Positions 53,937 through 63,396 of a stretch of 64,000 bases of DNA are shown here, one piece after another (position 1 is the stretch's first letter; the number at the start of each line of letters is the position of its first letter). The notes below the pieces were generated by a model that saw only the letters and a list, made by a program, of their open reading frames with translations, did no database searches and had not been told where the DNA came from. Both the position numbers and the translations under genes were made by a program. Source of the stretch: a virus (taxonomy: Duplodnaviria; Caudoviricetes); the IMG/VR virus record IMGVR_UViG_3300024046_000025, positions 1-64,000 of that record; one strand, given 5' to 3'.

Positions 53937-53952
53937 AGGTGCGCCGGCATGA
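52759..53952 (+). CDS. Overlapping +1-frame ORF: putative MTase beta polypeptide (WPTP repeats + motif IX)
   Basis: Five W(P/M)TP repeats and LNPLFVEALMGWPTGWT; stop overlaps next gene start. Confidence 0.7.
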   Translation: MTWLYLPPDALPEPETHACSASPSAPARAGSTSDSPSPSPDIVLWAMSNGKPTPQPSSWRGWKTRPWIRHLSGTTLEPSTAARGAARWTSSLRAIRASRSPSRANAGAPAIRAISGHMSPGSSARSSRPSSSSRTSPIISASAFLKSPADWSAWATTLRQASSRRRKSARPTGVSGSSSSRSAREMNWPTPRACSGTRSSGGNRTELLQLWPTPRASANENRQTKPTPSQEVGQHGMNLATTAALWPTPQTDSFRSRGGDRKDEKGLDRMARDWPTPMANDGCKPSAGNRRTADLTHAAGIWMTPTARDHKDGATTLVNTPVNGLLGRQVLVTPMAGNDISEARRTLNPLFVEALMGWPTGWTGFGSVATEWSRWLRRMRSELLQLNCWPMGEGAPA

Positions 53953-54167
53953 AGCAGTCGCGCCTCATGTCGCTGATCGAAGCCATCGCCAACGTGGCCG
54001 TCGGTTATGGCGTCGCCGTGGTCGCGCAGATCCTGATCTTTCCTATCTTCGGGCTGCATACGACGCTGGTGCAGAACCTGAAGATGGGCGCGGTGTTCAC
54101 CATCGTGTCGATCGCCCGTTCGTTTGCCTTGCGGCGGCTGTTCGAGGCGATGCGGGGGAATAAATAA
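53949..54167 (+). CDS. Small membrane protein following MTases
   Basis: MKQSRLMSLIEAIANV...RSFALRRLFE. Confidence 0.75.
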   Translation: MKQSRLMSLIEAIANVAVGYGVAVVAQILIFPIFGLHTTLVQNLKMGAVFTIVSIARSFALRRLFEAMRGNK

Positions 54168-54224
54168 CGCGGAAAGAACAACGGTCTTTGCTTTGAGACA
54201 TCTGGCCCATAGCCTGTCCCCCAA

Positions 54225-54632
54225 ATGAGCGGGGATCCGAAAATGCCTCAACTGGATGTCAAAGGGCTGGATCGCAGTGAATGGGGGGGCTCGATTGTCC
54301 GCCTGCACCACTCTCACAGAAGTGGGATTGGGCGGTACGGCGTTGCTCGAATAATCAATACTGCTGATCGATCACGATCGTTCGACGCGGTGCTGCTGGG
54401 CCACGACGATGAAACCGCAATCTACATGGCCTTCGATGCAAGGCAGTCCCTTGGTATCGATAAGGGCCAGCGTTTGAGTTTTGACCTGAAAGAACTCGGA
54501 TGGTTCGGCAAGCTTCGCTGGTATCTCAAGACTCCGGACCCCCGGATATACATTCCTGCTTGGCTTGCAGCGTGGTCGGTGGTTCTCGGTCTTTTGGGAT
54601 TCCTGCTTGGCGTCGTATCGCTCCTGAAATAG
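54225..54632 (+). CDS. Moron: beta-rich domain with C-terminal TM anchor
   Basis: Lower GC, atypical codons; YIPAWLAAWSVVLGLLGFLLGVV. Confidence 0.7.
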   Translation: MSGDPKMPQLDVKGLDRSEWGGSIVRLHHSHRSGIGRYGVARIINTADRSRSFDAVLLGHDDETAIYMAFDARQSLGIDKGQRLSFDLKELGWFGKLRWYLKTPDPRIYIPAWLAAWSVVLGLLGFLLGVVSLLK

Positions 54633-54706
54633 TTGACGGCAAATGTTCCGACACTTGTGCCGCCGCCCCAGCGGGACGGCGGTTCATGTTGTTGGGGTTG
54701 GCTGCG

Positions 54707-55294
54707 TCAGGTAGCAGAAAGCTTGTAGACCCGTCCGCGTCCCTCGATCTTTTCCGAGGTGACCTCGAGCCCGAGCTTCTTCTTCAGCGCCCCGGCCATC
54801 GCGCCGCGCACCGTGTGCGACTGCCAGCCGGTCACGGCCATGATCTCCTCGATGGTCGCGCCTTCCGGTGCGCGCAGCATGGCGATCAGGCTTGCCTGTT
54901 TGGTGCCCTCGCGCGGCGTGCGCGCCTTGGGCGCGGGATCGCTCTCACGCGGGGTGTCCTCCGAGTCCTCCGCGCTCGGCGTTTCGTTGGCGCCCGTGAG
55001 CGCGGTGTCGGGCCCCTCCGGCTCGATGCCGATGGCGGCGAGACCGGCGTTGGTGATGTGCAGGAGGATGGCGCGACCGTCCGCGTCGTTGCGCCAGATG
55101 CGGTTGAGCGCGGCGTCGGCCTTCGTCTGGCTGTCGGTCACCGTTTCCGCGACCAGTCCGCGGGAGAGAAGCGCGCCCACCACCTTGACAGCGGCGCCTC
55201 CGCGCAGGGAACCGGGTAGCGGCAGGACGTTGCCGTCGTCGCGCTGTGCGGCGGCGCTGAGGATCACGGCTTGAGTATCGGAAAGTTGGGTCAT
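54707..55294 (-). CDS. DUF3489 domain protein
   Basis: LSDTQAVILSAAAQR; TKQASLIAMLRAPEGATI..TGWQSHTVRG. Confidence 0.85.
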   Translation of the reverse strand: MTQLSDTQAVILSAAAQRDDGNVLPLPGSLRGGAAVKVVGALLSRGLVAETVTDSQTKADAALNRIWRNDADGRAILLHITNAGLAAIGIEPEGPDTALTGANETPSAEDSEDTPRESDPAPKARTPREGTKQASLIAMLRAPEGATIEEIMAVTGWQSHTVRGAMAGALKKKLGLEVTSEKIEGRGRVYKLSAT

Positions 55295-55387
55295 CGGGGT
55301 CGTCTCCATGGTCGGGGCCGCGCCCATCGCAGCCCTTCTACGACCCCGAGCCCGCCTCGCGGCGGGCAGGCTTCGGAGCGGCTGGCA

Positions 55388-55612
55388 CTATTCTGCGTGT
55401 TCGCCTTCGCGGAATGCCATGTCGGTGATCTCGCGCAGCCTGGCGCGGTAGTGGTTCAGGGTGCCGACATGGCCCCAGTGGATCTCGTCTGGGTGGGTCT
55501 CGAAGTGGTCCGCGCTGAGGGCGGCGAGGCGTTCCAGCATCGCGTCGATCTCGAACTTGGCGGTGAGGAAGGCGTCGAGGGCTTTCGTGTTGTCCTGTGC
55601 GCGGCGGGTCAT
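55388..55612 (-). CDS. Small hypothetical protein
   Basis: ALDAF..DHF..HPDEIHWGHVGTL. Confidence 0.75.
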   Translation of the reverse strand: MTRRAQDNTKALDAFLTAKFEIDAMLERLAALSADHFETHPDEIHWGHVGTLNHYRARLREITDMAFREGEHAE

Positions 55613-55724
55613 CGGGGTGGCTCCGTGGTCGAGTTGCATCGCGTCGTTGGAGTGACGTTCGCTCCGGTCACGGTGCTTATCAACTCAATAAGCATCTGAA
55701 TCTGAATGATAATCGGAGCTGTCG

Positions 55725-56285
55725 ATGCAGGGCATGAGCGAGCGCCAGTACGCCGCGCATGTCGGTCTGTCGCGCGGCGCGATCCAGAAGGCGAAGACGG
55801 CCGATCGGCTGGTCCTCTACCCCGACGGCAGCATCAACGCTGCGGCGAGCGATGCACGGCGCACTGAGACAACGGACCCGTCCAAGACCCGCAAACCGCC
55901 TACGCCGAAGCTGAAGCCCGTCCCCGAGGCGGCGGTGGCCGCCGTCGGCGACACCCTGCGGGAGCAGGGTCTGGCAGTCCCCGCCGTCGGCGGGGGCACG
56001 ACCTTCCTGCAGGCGAAGACCGCGAACGAGGTGCTGAAGGCGCAGGAGCGGCGCATCCGGCTCCAGAAGCTGAAGGGGGAACTGATCGACCGGGCCCGGG
56101 CGCTGGCGCTGGTGTTCCGGCTGGCGCGGGAGGCACGGGACGCATGGGTGAACTGGCCTGCGCGCGCGGCGGCGCTGATGGCGGCCGATCTCGGCGTGGA
56201 GCCTGCCGCGATGCAGAAGGCTCTGGAGAAACATGTACGCGCCCACCTCGACGAACTCGCCGAGGCCCGGCCCGACTTCCGATGA
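55725..56285 (+). CDS. terS: Terminase small subunit (Nu1-like)
   Basis: MSERQYAAHVGLSRGAIQKA wHTH; coiled coil; precedes GpA. Confidence 0.8.
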   Translation: MQGMSERQYAAHVGLSRGAIQKAKTADRLVLYPDGSINAAASDARRTETTDPSKTRKPPTPKLKPVPEAAVAAVGDTLREQGLAVPAVGGGTTFLQAKTANEVLKAQERRIRLQKLKGELIDRARALALVFRLAREARDAWVNWPARAAALMAADLGVEPAAMQKALEKHVRAHLDELAEARPDFR

Positions 56286-58248
56286 TGGCGAGCATGGTGA
56301 CGATAGCCTGACCGGGTTCGACGGCGCGGCGGAGATCCTGCGTGCCTGGGGCAACGGGCAGCGGCCCGACCCGGACCTGACCGTGTCGGAATGGGCGGAC
56401 CGGCACCGGATGCTCTCGGGCCGCGCCTCGGCCGAACCCGGGCGGTATCGTACGACCCGCACGCCCTACATGCGCGAGATCATGGACCGCCTGTCGCCGG
56501 GCGATCCCGCGCAGCGGATCGTGTTCATGAAGGCCGCGCAGGTCGGCGCGACCGAGGCAGGCAACAACTGGATCGGCTTCGTCATCCACCAGGCGCCGGG
56601 GCCGATGCTGGCCGTCCAGCCGACGGTGGAACTGGCCAAGCGGAATTCGCGCCAGCGGATCGACCCGCTGATCGAGGAAAGCCCCGAGCTGCGGGAGCGG
56701 GTGAAGCCCGCACGGTCGCGCGATGCGGGCAACACGATGCTGTCCAAGGAATTCGCGAGCGGCATCCTGATCATGACGGGCGCGAACTCGGCGGTCGGGC
56801 TGCGGTCCACCCCGGCGCGTTACATCTTCCTCGACGAAGTCGATGCCTATCCGGCCTCGGCCGACGAGGAAGGCGATCCGGTCACGCTGGCCGAGGCCCG
56901 GTCGCTGACCTTCGCGCACCGGCGCAAGGTGCTGCTGGTCTCGACGCCCACGATCCGGGGGCTGTCGCGGATCGAGCGCGAGTTCGAGGCGTCGGATCAG
57001 CGACGTTATTTCGTGCCGTGCCCGCATTGCGGCGTGATGCAATGGCTGAAGTTCGAGCGGCTGCGCTGGCAGAAGGGGCGGCCAGAGACGGCAGAATACC
57101 TCTGCGAGGGCTGCGAGAGGCCCGTCGCCGAACATCACAAGACCGCGATGCTGGAGGGTGGCGAATGGCGGGCGACCGCCGTGGCCGCCGATCCGACCAC
57201 GGTCGGCTACCACCTCTCGGCCCTCTATTCGCCGGTGGGGTGGCTCAGCTGGCCGCGGATCGCACGCGGCTGGGAGGCGGCCCAAGGGTCGGACGAGGCG
57301 ATCAAGGCCTTCCGCAACACCATCCTCGGCGAGACATGGGTCGAGACCGGCGAAGCGCCCGACTGGCAGCGGCTCTATGACCGCCGCGAGGCATGGCGGC
57401 CCGGAACGGTGCCTGCGGGCGGGTTGTTCCTGACCGCCGGGGCCGATGTCCAGAAGGACCGGATCGAGATCGATATCTGGGCCTGGGGTCGCGGGCTCGA
57501 AAGCTGGCTCGTCGATCATGTTGTCATCGAGGGCGGTCCGGATCGGCATGACGCATGGTCGGAGCTGACCGCGCTGCTGGACAGGTCCTGGCCGCATGAG
57601 CGCGGCGCGCATCTCAGGATCGCGCGGCTCGCCATCGACACCGGGTACGAGGCCCCGGCGGTCTATGCCTGGTCGCGGGCGCAGGGCTTCGCGCAGGTCG
57701 CGCCGGTGAAGGGCGTCGAGGGCTTCAATCGCTCCAGCCCGGTCTCGGGCCCAACCTTCGTCGACGCGACCGAGGGCGGGAAACGCCTGCGCCGCGGCGC
57801 CCGGCTCTGGACCGTGGCGGTGTCGACCTTCAAGGCCGAGACCTATCGTTTCCTGCGGCTTGACCGACCGACGGCAGAGGAACGCGCTGAGGGCGCGGCC
57901 TTTCCGCCCGGCACGATCCACCTGCCGACATGGGTGGAAAGCGAATGGCTAAAGCAAGTCGTAGCCGAGCAACTGGTGACGGTTCGCACGAAGCGCGGCT
58001 TTGCCCGGCTCGAATGGCAGAAACTGCGCGAGCGCAACGAGGCGCTGGATTGCCGGGTCTATGCCCGCGCCGCCGCCTGGATCGCGGGAGCGGATCGCTG
58101 GTCGGACGAGAAATGGCGCGACCTCGAGGATCAGCTCGGGGCTACCCCCACTGACAACGATCCCGCCGGGCAGATCAACCGGTTTGGACAGACCCCGCAG
58201 GGCAAGCGCCGCTCCGATTGGCTCGGGCGGCGCGAAGGATGGTTTTGA
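56233..58248 (+). CDS. terL: Terminase large subunit GpA family
   Basis: KAAQVGATE, FLDEVD, YFVPCPHC, GADVQKDR, RNEALDC. Confidence 0.93.
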   Translation: MYAPTSTNSPRPGPTSDDGEHGDDSLTGFDGAAEILRAWGNGQRPDPDLTVSEWADRHRMLSGRASAEPGRYRTTRTPYMREIMDRLSPGDPAQRIVFMKAAQVGATEAGNNWIGFVIHQAPGPMLAVQPTVELAKRNSRQRIDPLIEESPELRERVKPARSRDAGNTMLSKEFASGILIMTGANSAVGLRSTPARYIFLDEVDAYPASADEEGDPVTLAEARSLTFAHRRKVLLVSTPTIRGLSRIEREFEASDQRRYFVPCPHCGVMQWLKFERLRWQKGRPETAEYLCEGCERPVAEHHKTAMLEGGEWRATAVAADPTTVGYHLSALYSPVGWLSWPRIARGWEAAQGSDEAIKAFRNTILGETWVETGEAPDWQRLYDRREAWRPGTVPAGGLFLTAGADVQKDRIEIDIWAWGRGLESWLVDHVVIEGGPDRHDAWSELTALLDRSWPHERGAHLRIARLAIDTGYEAPAVYAWSRAQGFAQVAPVKGVEGFNRSSPVSGPTFVDATEGGKRLRRGARLWTVAVSTFKAETYRFLRLDRPTAEERAEGAAFPPGTIHLPTWVESEWLKQVVAEQLVTVRTKRGFARLEWQKLRERNEALDCRVYARAAAWIAGADRWSDEKWRDLEDQLGATPTDNDPAGQINRFGQTPQGKRRSDWLGRREGWF

Positions 58249-58250
58249 AC

Positions 58251-58460
58251 ATGACCGACTGGACGGAAACCGAGCTTTCGGCGCTGCGCCGGGCCTATGC
58301 CAGCGGCACGACTCGCGTCAGCTACGACGGCAAGTCGGTGGACTATGGTTCGGCCGAGGATCTGCTCGCCCGCATCCGAACCATCGAACGCGCCCTTGCG
58401 GGTATCGGCCGGCCGCTGCCGGTGGCCGGTCTCGCGGGCTTCTCGCGCGGGGATCGCTGA
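58251..58460 (+). CDS. gpW-like head-tail joining protein
   Basis: ALRRAYASGTTRVSYDGKSVDY. Confidence 0.85.
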   Translation: MTDWTETELSALRRAYASGTTRVSYDGKSVDYGSAEDLLARIRTIERALAGIGRPLPVAGLAGFSRGDR

Positions 58461-59956
58461 TGGCCGTGAACTGGTTCGACCGCGCCATTGCGTCGGTCGC
58501 CCCGCGGACCGCTGCTCGTCGGGTGCTGGCGCGGCAAGCCTTCGAGACGCTCGCGCGGGGCTATGACGGCGCCGCGCGAGGGCGTCGCACCGATGGCTGG
58601 CGCGCGCCCGGATCCTCGGCCGATACCGAGATCGGCATGGCCGGGGCGCTGCTGCGCGACCGGATGCGCGATCTCGTGCGCAACAACCCGCATGCGGCCA
58701 AGGCCGTGGCGGTGCTGGTGAACAATATCGTCGGCGCGGGGATCATGCCGCGCGCCGCCAGTGGCGACGAAGCGCTGGACCGGCGCGTCGACGATCTCTT
58801 CGAACGCTGGGCCGAGGCCTGCGATGCCGACGGCCAGCTCGATTTCTACGGGCTGCAGACGCTGATCTGCCGCGAGATGGTCGAGGCGGGCGAAGTGCTG
58901 GTGCGCCGCAGGTTGCGGCGATCCTCGGACGGTCTGCCGGTGCCGTTGCAGCTTCAGGTGCTGGAGGCTGATTTCCTCGATGCCACGAAATCCGGCACCA
59001 TCGGCGCTGGCCGTCTCGTGCAGGGGATCGAGTTCGACCCGGTCGGCAAGCGCCGGGCGTATTGGCTGCATGCCGAGCATCCGGGCGACGCCTACGGTGC
59101 CTTGCAGAACGGTCTGCAGAGCCGCCCGGTCCCCGCGACCGAGATCGCCCATGTCTACGAGAAGCAGCGCACGCAGGCGCGCGGCGTTCCATGGGGCGCC
59201 CCGGTGATCCGGGCACTGCGTGATCTCGACGATTACGAGGTCGCCGAAATCGTCCGCAAGAAGACGGAGGCCTGCGTCACCGCCATCGTCTTCGGCGATG
59301 ACGAGGCGCAGCAAGGCATTGCGCCCGCCGTGGTCGATGCCGATGGCAACCGGGTGGAGCAGTTCGAGCCGGGGCTGATCGCCTATGCCCGCGGCGGCAA
59401 GGACATCCGCTTCAACCAACCTGCGGCGACCGGCGGCTACGGCGAATACAAGCGGGTGAGCCTGCACACGATCTCGGCCGGGTTCCGGGTGCCCTACGAG
59501 TTGCTGACCGGGGATCTGAGCCAGGTGAACTATTCCTCGATCCGGGCGGGGCTCGTGGAGTTCCGCCGCCAGATCGACGCCGTGCAGTGGCAGCTGTTCA
59601 TCCCGATGTTCTGCGCCCCGGTCTGGCGCTGGTTCACCGAGGCCGCATGGGCGGCGGGGCTGATCCCGACACCAGATGTGCCGGTCGAATGGTCGCCGCC
59701 GAAATTCGAGGCGGTCGATCCGCAGAAGGATGCGATGGCGAACCTGCTGGCGATCCGCTCGGGCACCATGACTCTGGCCGAGGTGATCGCGCAGCAGGGC
59801 CGCAATCCCGACGCGGTGCTGGCCGAGATCGCCGCGACCAACGCCAAGCTCGACGCGCTCGGGCTGGTGCTCGACAGCGATCCGCGTCGGGTGACCAAGA
59901 CCGGCAGCGCACAGACAAATGATCTGGCGAGCGCCGCCGATACCGACACGGCATAG
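58460..59956 (+). CDS. Lambda-family portal protein
   Basis: RMRDLVRNNPHA, LLTGDLSQVNYSSIRAG, VDPQKD. Confidence 0.93.
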   Translation: MAVNWFDRAIASVAPRTAARRVLARQAFETLARGYDGAARGRRTDGWRAPGSSADTEIGMAGALLRDRMRDLVRNNPHAAKAVAVLVNNIVGAGIMPRAASGDEALDRRVDDLFERWAEACDADGQLDFYGLQTLICREMVEAGEVLVRRRLRRSSDGLPVPLQLQVLEADFLDATKSGTIGAGRLVQGIEFDPVGKRRAYWLHAEHPGDAYGALQNGLQSRPVPATEIAHVYEKQRTQARGVPWGAPVIRALRDLDDYEVAEIVRKKTEACVTAIVFGDDEAQQGIAPAVVDADGNRVEQFEPGLIAYARGGKDIRFNQPAATGGYGEYKRVSLHTISAGFRVPYELLTGDLSQVNYSSIRAGLVEFRRQIDAVQWQLFIPMFCAPVWRWFTEAAWAAGLIPTPDVPVEWSPPKFEAVDPQKDAMANLLAIRSGTMTLAEVIAQQGRNPDAVLAEIAATNAKLDALGLVLDSDPRRVTKTGSAQTNDLASAADTDTA

Positions 59957-59978
59957 GCCGACCAACAGGACTGACCTC

Positions 59979-62033
59979 ATGGACACGATGATCGAACTGC
60001 CGGCCATGCGCCGGATGGCCGAGCTTGCGCCGAACAGCGTCGATACCGACGCCCGCACCGTCGAGGTGATCTGGTCGGCGGGCGCCCGCGTCCGCCGCGC
60101 CAGCTTCTTCGGCGAGCCCTATGACGAAGAACTGAGCCTCGACCCCGCCCATGTGCGGCTCGAACGCCTGAACGCGGGCGCACCGTTCCTGAAGGTGCAT
60201 GAGATCGACACGCTCGACGCCGTCATCGGTTCGGTGGTGCCGGGATCGGCGCGCATCGAGAACGGCCGCGGCATCGCGCGGGTGCAGATCAGTGAGCGGG
60301 CCGATGTCGAGGCGATCTGGCGCGACATCCAGGCCGGGCACATCCGCGCGGTGTCGATCGGCTATCAGGTCCATCGCTTCGACATCTCGAAACCAGATGG
60401 CGGGCGCGAGCTCTGGCGGGCGGTCGACTGGACGCCCTTCGAGATCTCGGCCGTGCCGGTCGGCGCCGATCCCGCCGCTGGCTTCCGCGCCAAGGGCGAA
60501 CATCACGATTGCGTCCTCCACCGCCGGGACGTCCCCACGAATGAAGGAGCATCCCCGATGACCGACAAGACCCCGGCCGCTCCGGCCGACCAGACCAACG
60601 AGACGGCAGTGACCGAGGAGACCACCATGACCGACGACAAGACCGGCGCGGCCGAGGCGCAGGCACATGCCACCGACATGCGCAGCCTGCCCGGGCCCTC
60701 GAACCAAAGGACCGCATCAGCGAAACCGGAAGCGCCCGACGCCGAGGCCATCGCGACCCGCGCCCGCGAGGCCGAGCGTGACCGAGTCTCGACCATCTAC
60801 GATCTGGCGGGCCGCCTCGACCTCGAGCGCAGCTTCGCCGAGGATCTGGTCAAGCGCGGTGTCAGTATCGACGAGGCCCGCCGTCTGATCCTCGATCAGG
60901 TCGCCGCGAAGTCGGACGAAACCCGGACCTTCGGCCAGGTGTCGGTCCCGCTCGGCGGCCGCGACGAGCGTATCACCCGCCGCGACGCGGTGGCGAACGC
61001 GCTGTTGCACCGCTACAGCCCTACGCTGTTCCCGCTCGAGGATGCCGCGCGCCAGTATCGCGGCATGACGCTCCTGGAACTCGCCCGCGAAAGCCTCGGC
61101 AATGCCGGGGTGAACACGCGGGGCCTGTCGCGCGACGAGGTGGCGACGCGGGCGCTGCATTCGACGTCCGACTTCCCCGAGATCCTCGCCGCCGTCACCA
61201 ACAAGACGCTGCGCCAGGCCTACGAGGCCTATCCCCGCACCTTCATGCTGTTCTGCCGCCAAGTGCTCGCAACCGACTTCAAGGCGATGCACCGGGTTCA
61301 GCTCGGCGAAGCGCCGCAGCTGCTCGAGGTCGGCGAGAGCGGCGAGTTCAAGCGCGGCACGCTCGGCGAGTCGAAAGAGAGCTACAAGGTCAAGACCTAT
61401 GGCCGGGTGGTTGCGATCACCCGGCAGGTGCTGATCAACGACGACCTCGACGCCTTCACCCGTATCCCTGCGATGTACGGCAACTCCATCGCGCAACTGG
61501 AATCCGACGTGGTCTGGGGGATCGTCACCTCCAACCCGGCGATGGCCGACGGCACGGCGCTGTTCCATGCCAACCACAGGAACCTCGCGGCCACCGGCGC
61601 GGCGCTCGACGTCACCGGCGTCGGTGCGGCCCGGGCGGCGATGGCGAAACAGACCGGTCTCGACAAGAAGACGGTGCTGAACATCCGCCCCGCCTTCCTG
61701 ATCGTACCTGCCGCATTGGAACTGAAGGCCGAGCAGCTGGTCGCCCAGAACCTCGTGCCCGCCCAGAGCGGGAATGTCGTGCCCCAGTCGATCCGCACGC
61801 TGGCGCCGATCAGCGAGCCCCGGCTCGACGCCGCCAGCGAAACCGCCTGGTATCTGGCGGCGAGCCCGAACCAGATCGACACCATCGAATACGCCTATCT
61901 CGAGGGCCAACAGGGCGCCTACATCGAGACCCGCAACGGCTTCGATGTCGACGGCGTCGAGATCAAGTGCCGCCTCGACTTCGGCGCCAAGGCTATCGAC
62001 TGGCGCGGCCTCTACAAGAACCCGGGTGCGTGA
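59979..62033 (+). CDS. Prohead protease - major capsid protein fusion
   Basis: PFLKVH and EISAVPVGAD protease motifs; HSTSDFP, DFGAKAIDWRG capsid motifs. Confidence 0.9.
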   Translation: MDTMIELPAMRRMAELAPNSVDTDARTVEVIWSAGARVRRASFFGEPYDEELSLDPAHVRLERLNAGAPFLKVHEIDTLDAVIGSVVPGSARIENGRGIARVQISERADVEAIWRDIQAGHIRAVSIGYQVHRFDISKPDGGRELWRAVDWTPFEISAVPVGADPAAGFRAKGEHHDCVLHRRDVPTNEGASPMTDKTPAAPADQTNETAVTEETTMTDDKTGAAEAQAHATDMRSLPGPSNQRTASAKPEAPDAEAIATRAREAERDRVSTIYDLAGRLDLERSFAEDLVKRGVSIDEARRLILDQVAAKSDETRTFGQVSVPLGGRDERITRRDAVANALLHRYSPTLFPLEDAARQYRGMTLLELARESLGNAGVNTRGLSRDEVATRALHSTSDFPEILAAVTNKTLRQAYEAYPRTFMLFCRQVLATDFKAMHRVQLGEAPQLLEVGESGEFKRGTLGESKESYKVKTYGRVVAITRQVLINDDLDAFTRIPAMYGNSIAQLESDVVWGIVTSNPAMADGTALFHANHRNLAATGAALDVTGVGAARAAMAKQTGLDKKTVLNIRPAFLIVPAALELKAEQLVAQNLVPAQSGNVVPQSIRTLAPISEPRLDAASETAWYLAASPNQIDTIEYAYLEGQQGAYIETRNGFDVDGVEIKCRLDFGAKAIDWRGLYKNPGA

Positions 62034-62110
62034 CACGCGCCTCATCCCGAACCCTGACATCCGGGCGGTCCTGACGGGCCGCCCTTCGCTTTTCCGAAAG
62101 GACTCTCGCG

Positions 62111-62446
62111 ATGAAAAACTACGTCCAGCCCGGCAATACCATCACCCTGACCGCGCCCTATGCCGTCGTATCTGGCGACGGCCTGCTCGTCGGCTCCATC
62201 TTCGGCGTGGCCGCAGGTACCGCCGCCAGTGGCGAACCCGTCGAGACCGCGCTCGTCGGCGTCTTCGACCTAGCCAAGATCGGCAGCCAGGCCTGGACCG
62301 TCGGTGCGAAGGTCTATTGGGACGATACGAACAAGCGCACCACGACCGTCTCGACCGACAACACGCTCATCGGTGTGGCCGTCGAGGCCGTGGCGAGCGG
62401 CGCGGGCGACATCATCGGTCGAGTGCGCCTGAACGCGAGCTTCTGA
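62111..62446 (+). CDS. DUF2190 capsid decoration protein
   Basis: MKNYVQPGNTITL, GAKVYWD. Confidence 0.88.
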   Translation: MKNYVQPGNTITLTAPYAVVSGDGLLVGSIFGVAAGTAASGEPVETALVGVFDLAKIGSQAWTVGAKVYWDDTNKRTTTVSTDNTLIGVAVEAVASGAGDIIGRVRLNASF

Positions 62447-62757
62447 TGAGTGCTTTCGCCGCCGCCGTCGACGCGCTCTTCGCCGATCCGAACATCGGGC
62501 GGGACGCAGTCTACATCGCCGATGGCGGTGCGCCCGTTCCGATGCTCGTCGTCGCTCGACGGGCCGATGCGATCACCGACTTCGGCGATGCGCGGCTCTG
62601 GTCGGAAACGACGCGGATCGACCTGCGCGTGACCGAGGTTCCGAGCCCGCGCCCCGGCGATCGCATCGAGATCGGCGGCGACGCCTTCCTCATTCAGGGT
62701 GAGCCCGTCCGCGACCGCGAACGGCTGGTCTGGACCGTGGACCTGAGGCCCGCATGA
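62446..62757 (+). CDS. Head-tail joining protein (gpFII-like)
   Basis: PRPGDRIEIGG..RDRERLVW. Confidence 0.8.
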   Translation: MSAFAAAVDALFADPNIGRDAVYIADGGAPVPMLVVARRADAITDFGDARLWSETTRIDLRVTEVPSPRPGDRIEIGGDAFLIQGEPVRDRERLVWTVDLRPA

Positions 62758-62763
62758 ACCACG

Positions 62764-63390
62764 ATGAAACTGAAGCTCGACATTGTCGGCGATATCGCCC
62801 GGATCATGGAAGCAGAGACTCGGGCGGGCGAGCAGGCCGTGACCACGGCCATGCGCGAGGCCGGAACCGGGCTCAAGGGCTCGTGGCGCGCACAGATCAC
62901 CGGCGCCGGACTGGGTGCGCGGCTCGCCCGCACCATTCGCTCCGAGCAATTCCCCAAGGGCAGGCCAAGCCTGAATGCGGCGGCACTGGTCTGGTCGAAG
63001 GCGCCGGTGATCGTCGGCGCGCACGATACCGGCCCGCTGATCCGCTCGAAGAACGGATTCTGGCTGGCGATCCCGACGCCTGCGGCGGGCAAGTCCCTGC
63101 GCGGCGGGCGGATCACACCCGGCGAATGGGAACGCCGCACCGGCCTGCGCCTGCGCTTCGTCTATCGCCGCACGGGTCCGAGCTTGCTGGTTGCCGAGGG
63201 GCGACTGAACAAGAAGGGCCGAGCCGTGGCATCGCGGTCGAAGACTGGCCGGGGGCTGACCACCGTGCCGATCTTCCTCCTTGTTCCGCAGGTCAGGTTG
63301 CCGAAAAGGCTGGACCTCGCGCGGGATGCTGAGCGGGTGCGCGATGCGGTGCCGGGTCTGATCGTGGCGAACTGGGTGGAGAAGGAATGA
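62764..63390 (+). CDS. DUF6441-like tail completion protein
   Basis: GLGARLARTIRS, VPIFLLVPQV. Confidence 0.75.
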   Translation: MKLKLDIVGDIARIMEAETRAGEQAVTTAMREAGTGLKGSWRAQITGAGLGARLARTIRSEQFPKGRPSLNAAALVWSKAPVIVGAHDTGPLIRSKNGFWLAIPTPAAGKSLRGGRITPGEWERRTGLRLRFVYRRTGPSLLVAEGRLNKKGRAVASRSKTGRGLTTVPIFLLVPQVRLPKRLDLARDAERVRDAVPGLIVANWVEKE

Positions 63391-63396
63391 GAGTAG

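Noticed and set aside
55725-63390. Gene transfer agent cluster
   Set aside because: Has its own integrase, replication genes, GpA/cos-type terminase and protease-capsid fusion, unlike RcGTA
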